The translations under genes and the position numbers were made by a program. This document shows positions 48,474 through 60,300 of a stretch of 64,000 bases of DNA, in pieces (the first letter of the stretch is position 1; each line of letters opens with the position of its first letter). The stretch spans positions 558,001 to 622,000 of the forward strand of contig JASVEC010000019.1 of assembly GCA_030770535.1 (NCBI GenBank), given 5' to 3'. The DNA comes from Batkoa obscura. Its lineage: Eukaryota. The notes beneath the pieces are model-generated. The model was given only the letters and a program-made list of their open reading frames with translations, was not told where the DNA came from and did not search any database.

Positions 48474-49233
48474 TAGGAAAAAAGTATATTGATAATTTCC
48501 AAAGCTATTTATTAAAATTTTGAAAGTACTATTAGCTTTCTCTTTTACTTTTGAACTAAGTTTGAAATTTTATTTATTGCTTTAATACTTGTGTTAGGTA
48601 GAGTGTATTATTTAATGAATTCAAGAGGACTGTAGCATTAGTTTTGATATGTTTTTTATAAGATGTTTAAATAAGAATATAGTATTTTTATTTTTATTTT
48701 TGTTTTTGTTTTCAGACGCTTAAGCACTTGTATCAAAACTTGAAAATTCTGGAAACAGTTATGTAGTTTCAATAGTTCAAGGATTGCCTTTAGAAGGGTA
48801 GACATTTTAAAAGCATTTCAATTGTGCGCTCATACTAGTATAATTTTATGATTTAGTAAGATGATAAAAAGAATTTAGAATTTTATTGTCTAATTAAGCA
48901 TTAAAGATATGAAAGTAGTTTCAAAATTAATCATCTGATTTATTGGTCTGATGTAAGCATCCCTCCCTTAGTTAAGACTTTAAATAAATTCCGCTTTACT
49001 GATATAAAGTAATAGCTATCGGTTATATGATTCTGATGGTTCAAAGACAATATGATATTTACAGTTAAGTCCATATACATTGAAAACACCTATGTATTGA
49101 TATGATTGATTGGCATTAATAATATTAATTTGAACAGGGTTACTTGGCGCTATAGCCTTTCGAAATCTATTTTAAAAACTAAACAAGCGGAGAATATGGA
49201 TAAAAGACAATCAAATAAGTCACTGAAGTTTGA

Positions 49234-49326
49234 GTATGGGGATTTTTTTTTTGATTTCATTACTTTTCATTTTTTTAAACGCTATTTGAATGGAAAAATT
49301 CTTAAACGAAAAAATACATCCTTATG
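49234..49326 (+). mobile_element. MITE family copy with internal deletion
   Basis: Lacks the GTTAGTAAAATT segment between two AAAATT microhomologies. Confidence 0.8.
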
Positions 49327-49989
49327 TTTTAAATGTCCAATAAGTATTTCATTAAATTTGTTGTCGAGGTTCAGTAATGCTTTCAGTATGTGCCATAAAG
49401 GGCTATCAAGGTATAGAGCTAATAAATAGTAACCTTTTTAGTAGCAATGCTTTAAATGAGTTGCCGCTATGGTGAAACACATTTACGGATGTAGTTTTTT
49501 GATAATCTTCTAGATCCACAACATCAGTGAAATCAACTTTAATGTACAAGTTCGAGAATTGTTTTTGTGGATATTATTGGGTAAATTGATATAAACAAAC
49601 TTATTGGCTTATATAGAGACTGTTTAAAATGTACAAGAATTATTTTTAAAATTAAATGATTTTTTCATCAGTTTTTTTACTTGAATTTGATAATAGTTTT
49701 ATCTATAAGATGCTTTAAGATGGTTAATATATGTTAGTTAAGTAAAGTAAATTACTATAGAATAGGTAGTGATTTTCTAAAATAAATTGCTATAATAATT
49801 TGATATTTTAGTAGTTATTAGAGTTCAATTCTATCAACCTAAAAGTAATTAATTCAACCCATAGTTATTTATTTCCAGGGTTTTAGGTGTGAGCTTGATC
49901 GAATTTTATTAGAGGTATTTTATAGTTAAGACTATTATGCAATAAGACAAAATTTTAGTCAGTTTTTATCTATGTTAATGAACAATTTA

Positions 49990-50200
49990 TGGTAGTGATA
50001 ATTTTGTTTCAAAATACAAATGTTTTTGGGTGTTTGTAGACTCGAACAGATCTAGATATTATGTTCAGTTTAGCTACACCGAATACCTCATAGATTGACT
50101 AATATGGGTAACAGATATATTATTATTCAACATTAGTACTGAATGGTTTCTGTAGAAGACAAAAGGCTTTACTCATACCTACATTTTAGTTAAATTTTAG
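49990..50200 (+). mobile_element. Possible LINE AP-endonuclease relic
   Basis: Frameshifted 'VFVDSNRSRY..FSYT ... S*ID(Y)IWVT', resembling L.D..R......YT....SRIDYIW. Confidence 0.3.
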
Positions 50201-50792
50201 CTAGTTAACTTGATTAATTATAGTTAGAGTTTTTAAATTCGGTAAAAGTCTTATAAATCCCAGTTAAAAGTTAAAAGTTGGGTTCAATGCCACAAAGCTA
50301 ACTTTTAAAAAAATTGGGTTTAAAATTTGACACCCAATCTCAATCTGGTATAACTCCTTTGTTTCCCTTTTTTTCTCAAACTATAGCTATACAGGTCTTT
50401 CAACTATTTTGCGAACTTTTGGTGATAATTTTTACAGCTAAATGGCTTATCTATCTGATTTCTTTAATGGTTTACTTCTATATTCTATTAATACTTTAGC
50501 ATGACTTTTGCTCTTAAATAAGTGGTTAAATAGTTTGCAATACAGTTGAAACAGCTGTTTTATAAATTAAGGTATTCAAAAAATTAGCATCAATTTAAGG
50601 GAGGACAAAAGTTGAGCTTTTTAGTGGGGGTATGTATTATCTAATAATAGCCTTAAGCTAAAAATAAAATCTATAGACTAGCATTATTGAGACTATATAA
50701 ATGGCAGAAAAAATATCAACAGTTAATATCAAAAATCAATTTTATCTATTTCTTAATTTATTAAAATTACTAATACTACTCTAATTATCAAA

Positions 50793-51470
50793 ATGGTTAA
50801 ATCTATTCCTTTCATGATTGTCTTAGCTTTGACTTCTGTCCTTGCTGTTCCAGTCCCAACTAATTCTGTATCTCAAGTCAGTGGTTCAGGTGCTATTGGT
50901 GGTATCACTAATGGAGGAAGTGTTGCTGTAAACTCATCTTTTGGTGCTGCAGCTGGAAGTGGCTCTAGTACTAGTACTGGTACTTCAGCTGGTATTGCTT
51001 CAGGACCAAACTCATCTTTCGGTGCCAGTTCTAATGTAGCTGGAGGAACTGCTACTCCATATAGCAATAACTTCTCATCTGGTAATAATGCTATCTCTGG
51101 TGCCACTGGTGATAATGGATTTGTTAATGTAGGATCTACTTTCGGAAGTACCAGTAACTATGCAGGTTCTGCCGGTACTGGTTCTACTTCTGGTGTCACT
51201 TTAGGAACTGCTGGTTTTGGATCATCTACCAACTTCCAAGCTTCTCAAGGTAACATCTTTAATCAATCTGGTGTCACTGGTTCAGGTACCAGTTATGGTC
51301 AATCTCTTGGTCCATATTCAGGTACTAATGCAGGTAACAGTGTTGGTATCATTGCTACTGGAGCTGGATCTGTTGGCTCTTCTAATAACTATGGCTCATC
51401 CACTGGACTTGGTGTCATTGGTGCTGGTACTAACTTCAATGGTTATGACAATGCTACCCCATACCACTAA
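50793..51470 (+). CDS. Secreted Gly/Ser-rich protein, copy 3
   Basis: Identical 225-aa product; TATATAAA at 50694-50701. Confidence 0.85.
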   Translation: MVKSIPFMIVLALTSVLAVPVPTNSVSQVSGSGAIGGITNGGSVAVNSSFGAAAGSGSSTSTGTSAGIASGPNSSFGASSNVAGGTATPYSNNFSSGNNAISGATGDNGFVNVGSTFGSTSNYAGSAGTGSTSGVTLGTAGFGSSTNFQASQGNIFNQSGVTGSGTSYGQSLGPYSGTNAGNSVGIIATGAGSVGSSNNYGSSTGLGVIGAGTNFNGYDNATPYH

Positions 51471-51890
51471 TTGATTAATAAAAGTATTTTCTAATTTAAA
51501 CCATTATATTTCTTACTATTAGTTCAATTGTTTATATATTTGATTGAACAATTTAATTGAATTTTCAAAAAGAAAATCTAGGATCTATAGCAACAAATAC
51601 CAGTATTAACTTTATAAATAAATTAATTTCAAAAAATCAGCATCCATTTAAACTCTAATTTATATTATAAACTAGATTGATGATATATCAACAAATTCAA
51701 ACGTTAGTAGTAAGTTTATATAGGCACTTTTTATATAAGATCAAAAAAATTTGTATTTAAGATTATATTTTAAAAAAGTATATTATATATTTATTTATTG
51801 TACTTCTACTCATAAGCTACAAAAGCAAATTCTGAGTTCAGCATAAATTAGTCTCTTGATGTCACATTTTCCAACTTTAATGTAATAATT

Positions 51891-51991
51891 ATATGTGGAT
51901 GTATTTTTAAGAATTTTACTAACAATCTTTCTGCTCAAATAGCGCTTAAAGGATAGAAAAAGTAGTGAAACCGAAAAAAACATCCCTATAT
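51891..51991 (-). mobile_element. MITE family copy (right-arm mirror of 45333..45433)
   Basis: Reverse complement of the left-arm copy. Confidence 0.88.
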
Positions 51992-52996
51992 TATATTTCA
52001 TCTCCAAAAGTTAATATAATCCCTTACTATTATCAATATTTGGATAATTTAATATTTGTTTGTCATGATTTTAATTTCTCATTTAAAAAAATTCTAATAT
52101 CTGATCTTTATTAGTATAGTAAAACTTCACTTAGTTAAAAGAACGATTTGAGTTATCATATTAGGTGCCTAGTCTTAAATGATGAAAAGTTGTATATCAA
52201 GTTCTGTTCATTAGTTTTATTTAATCATATTATATTTTAATTCATAGAAAGATTTTTATAATGTTTTTTTATCCTATCAAATAAATTACTTGAGTTTTTG
52301 AATTATCAAAATTGCACCAGAATATTTGGGAGTGTCGGCTTCTGTTTTAATAGTTAAGTAATAAGCGTTTTTAACTTTGTATCAAATGAAAATAAAGGAC
52401 AGTTAAACTAAAACTAATATTGCTATTTATTTTAAAAGGAATCATTTATGGTTTATCTTTGTCTTTCTTTGAGGTAGTAGTAAATAATTAATTCCATCCT
52501 TAACTATAGTAATAGCATAAAGATTTTTTGAAATTTTAACATAAAAATATAGAGTATCTGAAAAATAATAAAAACACTAAGATTATATACTATGAGAATA
52601 ATTTAATATAACATAAAGATACTAGGATTCTTAGTATATGTGAGTATAATGTTTAAATGGTTTAAAAATCTAAAATCTAAAAATTTACGTGAATGCACCC
52701 TACCAAACTAACAATTTTAGGTTAGAAAGTTTAGCATAAAATGGCTAAAATTCTAGTGCGTGCTAGTACTAGATTAACTTCAATAGATTAAAGCTTAGAG
52801 CTAGATTGAAATTAATCAATTAAAAATTAGGGGAAATTTTAAAACTAAGGGAAAATTGGGGGAAGGAATAGGAAAAAACCACACGACGTAAGAAATCAAC
52901 ATATTACACACAATATACAATTGATTAAAGTTGATTGATAATATTATAAAACAGAAAATAGACTAAATTTTAGGAATAGATACTTTAAAAAAAAGG

Positions 52997-53004
52997 TATA
53001 TAAA
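52997..53004 (+). promoter_or_regulatory. TATA box of Gly/Ser-rich gene copy 4
   Basis: TATATAAA ~95 bp upstream of the ATG, same position in copies 1 and 3. Confidence 0.5.
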
Positions 53005-53095
53005 TGACAGAAAAAATATCAACAGTTAATATCAAAAATCAATTTTATCTATTTCTTAATTTATTAAAATTACTAATACTACTCTAATTATCAAA

Positions 53096-53773
53096 ATGGT
53101 TAAATCTATTCCTTTCATGATTGTCTTAGCTTTGACTTCTGTCCTTGCTGTTCCAGTCCCAACTAATTCTGTATCTCAAGTCAGTGGTTCAGGTGCTATT
53201 GGTGGTATCACTAATGGAGGAAGTGTTGCTGTAAACTCATCTTTTGGTGCTGCAGCTGGAAGTGGCTCTAGTACTAGTACTGGTACTTCAGCTGGTATTG
53301 CTTCAGGACCAAACTCATCTTTCGGTGCCAGTTCTAATGTAGCTGGAGGAACTGCTACTCCATATAGCAATAACTTCTCATCTGGTAATAATGCTATCTC
53401 TGGTGCCACTGGTGATAATGGATTTGTTAATGTAGGATCTACTTTCGGAAGTACCAGTAACTATGCAGGTTCTGCCGGTACTGGTTCTACTTCTGGTGTC
53501 ACTTTAGGAACTGCTGGTTTTGGATCATCTACCAACTTCCAAGCTTCTCAAGGTAACATCTTTAATCAATCTGGTGTCACTGGTTCAGGTACCAGTTATG
53601 GTCAATCTCTTGGTCCATATTCAGGTACTAATGCAGGTAACAGTGTTGGTATCATTGCTACTGGAGCTGGATCTGTTGGCTCTTCTAATAACTATGGCTC
53701 ATCCACTGGACTTGGTGTCATTGGTGCTGGTACTAACTTCAATGGTTATGACAATGCTACCCCATACCACTAA
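53096..53773 (+). CDS. Secreted Gly/Ser-rich protein, copy 4
   Basis: Identical 225-aa product. Confidence 0.85.
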   Translation: MVKSIPFMIVLALTSVLAVPVPTNSVSQVSGSGAIGGITNGGSVAVNSSFGAAAGSGSSTSTGTSAGIASGPNSSFGASSNVAGGTATPYSNNFSSGNNAISGATGDNGFVNVGSTFGSTSNYAGSAGTGSTSGVTLGTAGFGSSTNFQASQGNIFNQSGVTGSGTSYGQSLGPYSGTNAGNSVGIIATGAGSVGSSNNYGSSTGLGVIGAGTNFNGYDNATPYH

Positions 53774-55039
53774 TTTATTGATAAATAAAAAGTAATACTT
53801 AATATTGAAATTAAGATTTATTGAATGCAAAAACCTTTTTTCTATCATTTCCTAATAATGTTAATAATAAGTACTAGTTAAGGCCAGTAAATGCTAATAA
53901 GTTTAAAATCTATAAATCATTAGTTTCAGGAGTTCTTTTCATATCAAATATGAGAAAGTATTACAATTAGACTGAGAAAAGGATGTTATATTTTTTATAG
54001 CACCATGAAAATAAAAGCAATAATGAAATTCAAAGAAAACAACCCCTAGTTTACTAGATTTCTTGCTATAAAAGGTGTAGTATACTGCTTATTTAGTGCA
54101 ATTGAAATATTTTTTTGTAGTTGATTATAAAAATAATTGGATAGCTATAATATTGCATATTTTCCATTAATCCTTATCAAAGAAATCAAAAGCTATTTGC
54201 AGACTGTAACATTTCATTGAATTTTACGGCATTTATTCGGATGATTTTTCTATAAGCTTATTACAACTCAATTCAAAATAAATGGTATAGATTTACTAAA
54301 AGCTCCTTAGTAAATTTGCCTTGTTTATTTTGGATGGAGTTATAACTTTGAATTTCATTGAGATAAATGCTTCAAAATGATGCATTATTCAAAATTTGAT
54401 TAATTAGAAAATAGGATTTAGAATATACCATTTGAAGTAAAGCACAATATAATACACAAAGTCCTTTTAAGAGTTAATTTATTGTTTAGATCATACGTTT
54501 GCCAAGACTTATTAAGATGGTACATCTGGCTGGTCCTTTAACAAAAATAAGTAACTTCTTTGTAAAACATAACACTAAACCCTCTTAAAAATTAATGTTT
54601 TTTAAAGACTTTATTAGAAATGAGAATATATTCATTAGTAAATGATGATGGCACTTTTTCGATCAAAGAAAAGTAAAAAAAGATATTTATAGTGGATATA
54701 ACAATGGTTCTAATGTCTTATAATAGTTGAATTTTTTCATCTTACTTTTCATGTTATATTATTGAAAACTATATTAATAGTTTAATTAAAGACTTTTATT
54801 TCTTATTATTTTTCTTTAATATATTCAAAAAAATAACCGAAAATGAGTAGTTTTCTAAAACATTTGAACCATTAGTATAACCACTTTTATAAAAAAAAAT
54901 TATGAAAACAACTAATAAACTATAGTTATTACTTAAGACAATAACATAAGATAAGACAGATTTTATATTAAAAATAATTATGTTAAATTTTTTTAACTTC
55001 TTTTTCGAATTTAATATTTTAACAGTCTAACAATAAAAG

Positions 55040-56053
55040 ATGAGTTACGTAGGAGAAATAATAGTATTAATTCAAGCTTTAATAGGCATAGTGATCAATA
55101 TTACAATGTTTTATATAATTGTTATTAAGTTAAAGTTAAAAGGCACGGATTTAAAATTAATATTGGTGATTGGGATCCTTGATTGTTTATTTTATATAAA
55201 TTCAGCTGTAAGAGTATCACTGATGATCAATCTCAATCAAGATACAACTTTATTCCCCAATTGGTGGTGCGCGAGTGACACAATAATAATAATAATAACA
55301 TTAGAATCTTCCTTAGAATTAGTAGCTATCTTAGGTTTAATGCGATATTTTGTTATTTGTACCAAATATAAGATATCTGGTCTAATTTGGTATATCATAT
55401 CTTCAATATCAATTTTATTATCTTTAGGAACAGCATTATTCAATTTACGTTATAAAGATCCTTATTTTTGGTCGCCATCAAAACTAGTATGTTTACCTTT
55501 TCCTAAACTAACATCCAGTAATGCAACATTTGCTAAATTTACTTATATTTTATTTATGACAAGATTTCTACTTAGCTTAATTATCATTGTATTTTGTTAT
55601 TTTAATTTGAATTTAGCCTATAATAAACAGTTATCATTAAAAATCAAAAACGAAAGTTCAAGGCACGCACTGTCAGGTAGGTGGGAGATTTGTGATGAAA
55701 ACGAGTCCCCACCAAAAGGAAGCTTTTATTCTCAATACAGTGATATAGAAGCTAAAGTATCAAGTATTAAGTTGTGGACTACATTAAAGTTAAGTGGTAT
55801 GATATTAGCTTATATAATATTTATATTACCAAATGCAACAATATCATTATCCTTAGCTTTGAATCCAAGATATATTGATCCAAGTATAACTACTTTTAGT
55901 CATATATTTAATTCATTTACTGGTATTATAAATCCATTATTTGTTTTATTAATTCATGATCCAGCTCGCAAACAAGTAGACAAAATGTTAGCTAAATTGA
56001 ATTTAAAAGCACTGCCAAATGCTTCTCAATTTGCTTTTCCATATAGTCCTTGA
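55040..56053 (+). CDS. Rhodopsin-like 7TM receptor
   Basis: 'WWC', 'LMRY', 'PSKLVC', long ICL3, 'ILPN', 'INPLFVLLIH'. Confidence 0.82.
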   Translation: MSYVGEIIVLIQALIGIVINITMFYIIVIKLKLKGTDLKLILVIGILDCLFYINSAVRVSLMINLNQDTTLFPNWWCASDTIIIIITLESSLELVAILGLMRYFVICTKYKISGLIWYIISSISILLSLGTALFNLRYKDPYFWSPSKLVCLPFPKLTSSNATFAKFTYILFMTRFLLSLIIIVFCYFNLNLAYNKQLSLKIKNESSRHALSGRWEICDENESPPKGSFYSQYSDIEAKVSSIKLWTTLKLSGMILAYIIFILPNATISLSLALNPRYIDPSITTFSHIFNSFTGIINPLFVLLIHDPARKQVDKMLAKLNLKALPNASQFAFPYSP

Positions 56054-56450
56054 TTTTTTATATTCAATAATAATATTATTAATTTTTATTTCATTTAATT
56101 AATTTGAAAATTTATATAATAACTTATTAATTGTTTACATATGAAATTTACTTTTTAGCTACAATAACCTATACTAACATGATTTTGTATTAATTTTGTA
56201 TTTTTTTATTAAATTTTAATAATAAAGCTATACAGAAATTTATGAAAACAATAAATTAAAAATCATATAATAAAATAGCAGCTTTGATTCAATATTATTT
56301 AATTATGAAACTTATACATCAATATCATATATCTCATTATTCCATTGTTTTTCCATATCTTTGTAGAACTATTTTTTTACTCTATTAAAATTGAATGTTC
56401 TATTACCAAAACTTGATAGTTATTATTTAAATTATTAGATAACTCAATTC

Positions 56451-56558
56451 ATATGGGAGATGTATTTTTATGTTTAAGAACTTTACTAACAATTTTCCCG
56501 TTCAAATACTGCTTAAAAAATGGAAAAGATGATGAAGCCAAAAAAAGTATCCCTATAT
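56451..56558 (-). mobile_element. MITE family copy
   Basis: Consensus match; ATAT flanks. Confidence 0.85.
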
Positions 56559-57397
56559 CAACACTTTCAACTTATGTCTTTTGCTCCTGGGTTGCTCTCT
56601 ACAAATTAAAGTTCATGCCTTTAAACTTAACCTGCTCAATTCCAAAGCTATTCAAGTTTGGCTAAAGTTTTTCCCTTTAATTGCGTAACTCTCCTATTCC
56701 TGTCCTTTTCCAAACCAGTCTTAATCATCTTTGGAACCATTTAATCCTTTATTTTACTTTCTCCAATAAAACACTTGGAAGTCTCTGATTCCTTCAAGAT
56801 TTTTTTATTAAGTCATTCAGATTCTGTAAAAAAATATATTATGGTTTTTAAACTATTGTTAGTTTTGAGTACCTTTTTATTTTGAGTGCATTATTGATTT
56901 TTGTTATTAATTACACAAATAATTATTATAAGCATCACTATACTTATTATAGATAACCCAACTATAAAAAATACATTGAAAGATTATTGATAAATAAGTA
57001 ACTTTGTCATGAATAAACTTTTTAATTTTAATTAAGTGAAGTATTATTCTAAGCTGAGCTTTTATAAAGGAAACAAAGTGAGAGAGGGCCAAAGAATGAC
57101 ATTGGAATCATTTAAGTTGAATTAGAATCTTCCACTGAATATAAAATTAATCTACCTACTACGTCACTAATTGTTTAAGCTTCAAATTTTCCTTACCACT
57201 CACATGATCCCATAACCTTCATTGATTGAGCCAATCATCGGATCGATTTTTTTAGCTCAAAAATTACCACCTTTGATTTTCATTTTTTATCATTAGTTTT
57301 CAAATCTGTTAATACTGAAGGGTAAGAAGCACCGTTTCACTTGTATCAGCAATAGAAAAAGAATTAATACAAAGGACATAGAATAAAATACATTACT

Positions 57398-60300
57398 ATG
57401 GATTTTGACGATACCAATCTAAGTGTTGGTTTAACACAAAGTACCATTTCAAATAGACGAAAAGCTTTATTGAAGACCAATGAGCAAGAAGAAAGATTAT
57501 TCACACCACAAATAGAAAATGCTTCTACCAATCCTACCACTAATGGAATAAATACTAGTATCCGAGAGACTAAACCACAAGGGAATAGAAATCCAATTAG
57601 TGAAGGAGGTATTCGTAATTTAGTGTATCGTAATCCAACAGAACAATCCAATACTTTTCTCTCAAAGTTCTCTATACCATATACCTTACAAATTCTATTG
57701 TTATTATTACTTGTTTCAAGCTATTATTTTATAAAAATATTGTATATATTTGAGATAAGTGAGGAGAGTGATTCGAAAGTGTGGTTATTTTATCAATTGT
57801 ATGCAGTGTTAAAATGGACTTTGTTAGATTCTATATTATTCGGATTTGCCATGTATTTTAATTTGTTTGAAATTAAAAGAGAATTTGGAAGTAAAACTCT
57901 TGGAGCAATATTAGTTACTATGGCTGCAGTCAATACATCAATTATTTTTAAAATAGGGTGGGTAAGTAATTGATGAGTTGATTTTTTGTTAAGTAATAAT
58001 ATTAATAATTGAATATTATGATTAGATATTTTCGCCATTCACTTATTTTTTACCTGGTACAAAGACAGAGGCATCATCAGCTAGTAAGTTTTAAAAAATA
58101 AAAATCTTGAATGTTTTATTAATATATTTTAGTTCCAATAGTTCAAGATAACTTTCAAGGAATTGGATTAAGTAATAATAAGCTGTTAAGTAGAGAAGAA
58201 ATTCTTACTGGAAATCAACATCTTTCAGGGAGATATACAGTGAAAATACTACCGGATAGGTAAGAATAAGTTTTTCTATATATGTGATCATGAGTTAACA
58301 TTTTTATTTTTACTATAGTTCCGTTAAATTCAACACTGAGGATCATCATTTCTGTTTAATTAAGGATAAAGATGATAAATATAGAAAGGATAGTATTTTG
58401 ATATTTATCAATGGCACTAATCCAAATAAAATGGAAGTGGAATATAGTAAAATTGGAGAAAACAAGAGTAAAATAATAACAATTAAATTGAAACAATTTT
58501 CAAAAGATAATATTAAAACAAAAGAAAATGGAGATAAGATTGTAGTTGGTCGTTATGAATATAGCATCGATAAACCTGGGAAATATAGATTTAATAATGT
58601 ATATGATGGGGAAGGAAATCAGTTTTCTAAATTAGGAAAAGAATTTGAATTAAATATAGCCCCTTGTCCAACTGCAAAGATTAATAACATATCACATGAT
58701 CAACTTAAACCTTCTGATTATTGTTTATCTACAACAAAAGAACCATTGAATACGAATATAGTAGTTTATGGTATTGGACCAATGGAAGTAACTTATAATT
58801 TAAAAGATCAATCAAATAATATGTTTAGTAAAACGATCATTACAGATATTATTGAAAAAGATACATTAAAAGAACAACAGTTTAATGTAGATTTTAAGTT
58901 TGATAAACCTGGAAAATATGAATACCAAATTGCCAAGATTAGAGATTATTATGGAAATACTATAGATTATGAGGGATTAAAGAAATACAATAACGAAAAG
59001 GAATTAGAAGGATATTTAACAGCTCATTCTAAACCAGATGCTTATTTCAATTTTAAAAATAAGAAACTATATTTATCTCCAATTAAAAAAGAACAACAGT
59101 TATCATTTTCAGCTCAAGGAGAACCCTATGTTAATGTTACTATTGGATTGTGTAAATTAGATAAAGACTGTAACAATATCGAGAATTATAAAGTTTATGA
59201 TACAAAACAATTTAATGATGATTATGATTTTTATGTAAAACATGTGGGATATTATAAAATATTATCAGTTACAGATGCTTATTGTAAAAATGATATGATT
59301 AAATCAAAAATAGTTAAAGTAGAGAAATTACCTAAACCAGAATTAATGATGGATAATCAACCTATTTTATCAACTTGTAATAAAGAAATTGGTATGGAAT
59401 TTAATTTGACATTAGCAGGTGATGTTCCATTTGTTTTAGATTATAATATTATAGGAAAACAAGATGATGGAACTAAAGTTAACAATAGAAAGAGTATCAA
59501 ATTAATGAATTTAATTAATTATATTAAAATTATACCAGAACATTCAGGAAATTATGAATATAAATTTACAAAATTAACAAATGAAGCTTATGGACAAGTA
59601 AAACTAACTAATGAGTATCATCAAATAGTAAATGCTCAACCAATAGCTAAATTTATTACTAAAGAAAATAAGGATATTAAATTATGTTTAAATGAAGATA
59701 TTCAATCAAATGAATTATTCGTTCAATTAAATGGTAAATTTCCATTGCAATTAGAATATTCAATTATAAATGATGAAAACATTAAAGAATTTGTAATTAA
59801 TGATATTCATGATTCAACAATTAAATTAAAAATTGATAAACCAACTATGACTGGCAAACATATAGTACAGTTAACTAATATAATTGATGCTGATGGATGT
59901 GAAAACAAATTAAATGTACCATCAATAAGTTACGATGTGAGAGATACAAAACCTAAGATTCAGTTTATTTATGAAGATGAAGTTAATAATAATAGTAACA
60001 TATTGTATGGTAAACAAGGTCAAGAATTTAAACTGCCAATTTACTTAGAAGGAGAAGCCCCATGGCGATTTATTGTATCAACACCAAATAATAAATTAAA
60101 ACCATTTGAGCTTATAGATAATAAAGCTACAATTAATGTGTTTGAAGAAGGAGAATATAAATTAATATCAGTTAAAGATGATTACTGTAAAGGAGAAGTA
60201 GTTAAGGGTGAAGATAAATTTATTATTAAATATTATGATAAACCAATAGTTAAATTAATTATGGGTAGTAATGAACATAATGATAATGACTATAATATAT

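Larger units (their letters stand above)
43502..53822. repeat. Large inverted repeat, arms 43502-46573 and 50751-53822 (~3.07 kb), spacer ~4.18 kb
   Basis: Paired coordinates sum to 97324. Intergenic DNA and a MITE are mirrored. I noticed one synonymous SNP (46475) and 3 mismatches at the outer edge. Confidence 0.92.

Noticed and set aside
43529..53795. Alternative-frame and antisense ORFs over the Gly/Ser genes (MDHLPTS..., MAPEIAL...) and over the 7TM, GT32 and POM152 genes
   Set aside because: Shadows of biased-codon real genes, repeated only because the genes are duplicated.
53975..54050. Possible additional highly decayed MITE
   Set aside because: Only partial similarity (TAATGAAA...AAAAC..CCCCT); too degenerate to call by eye.
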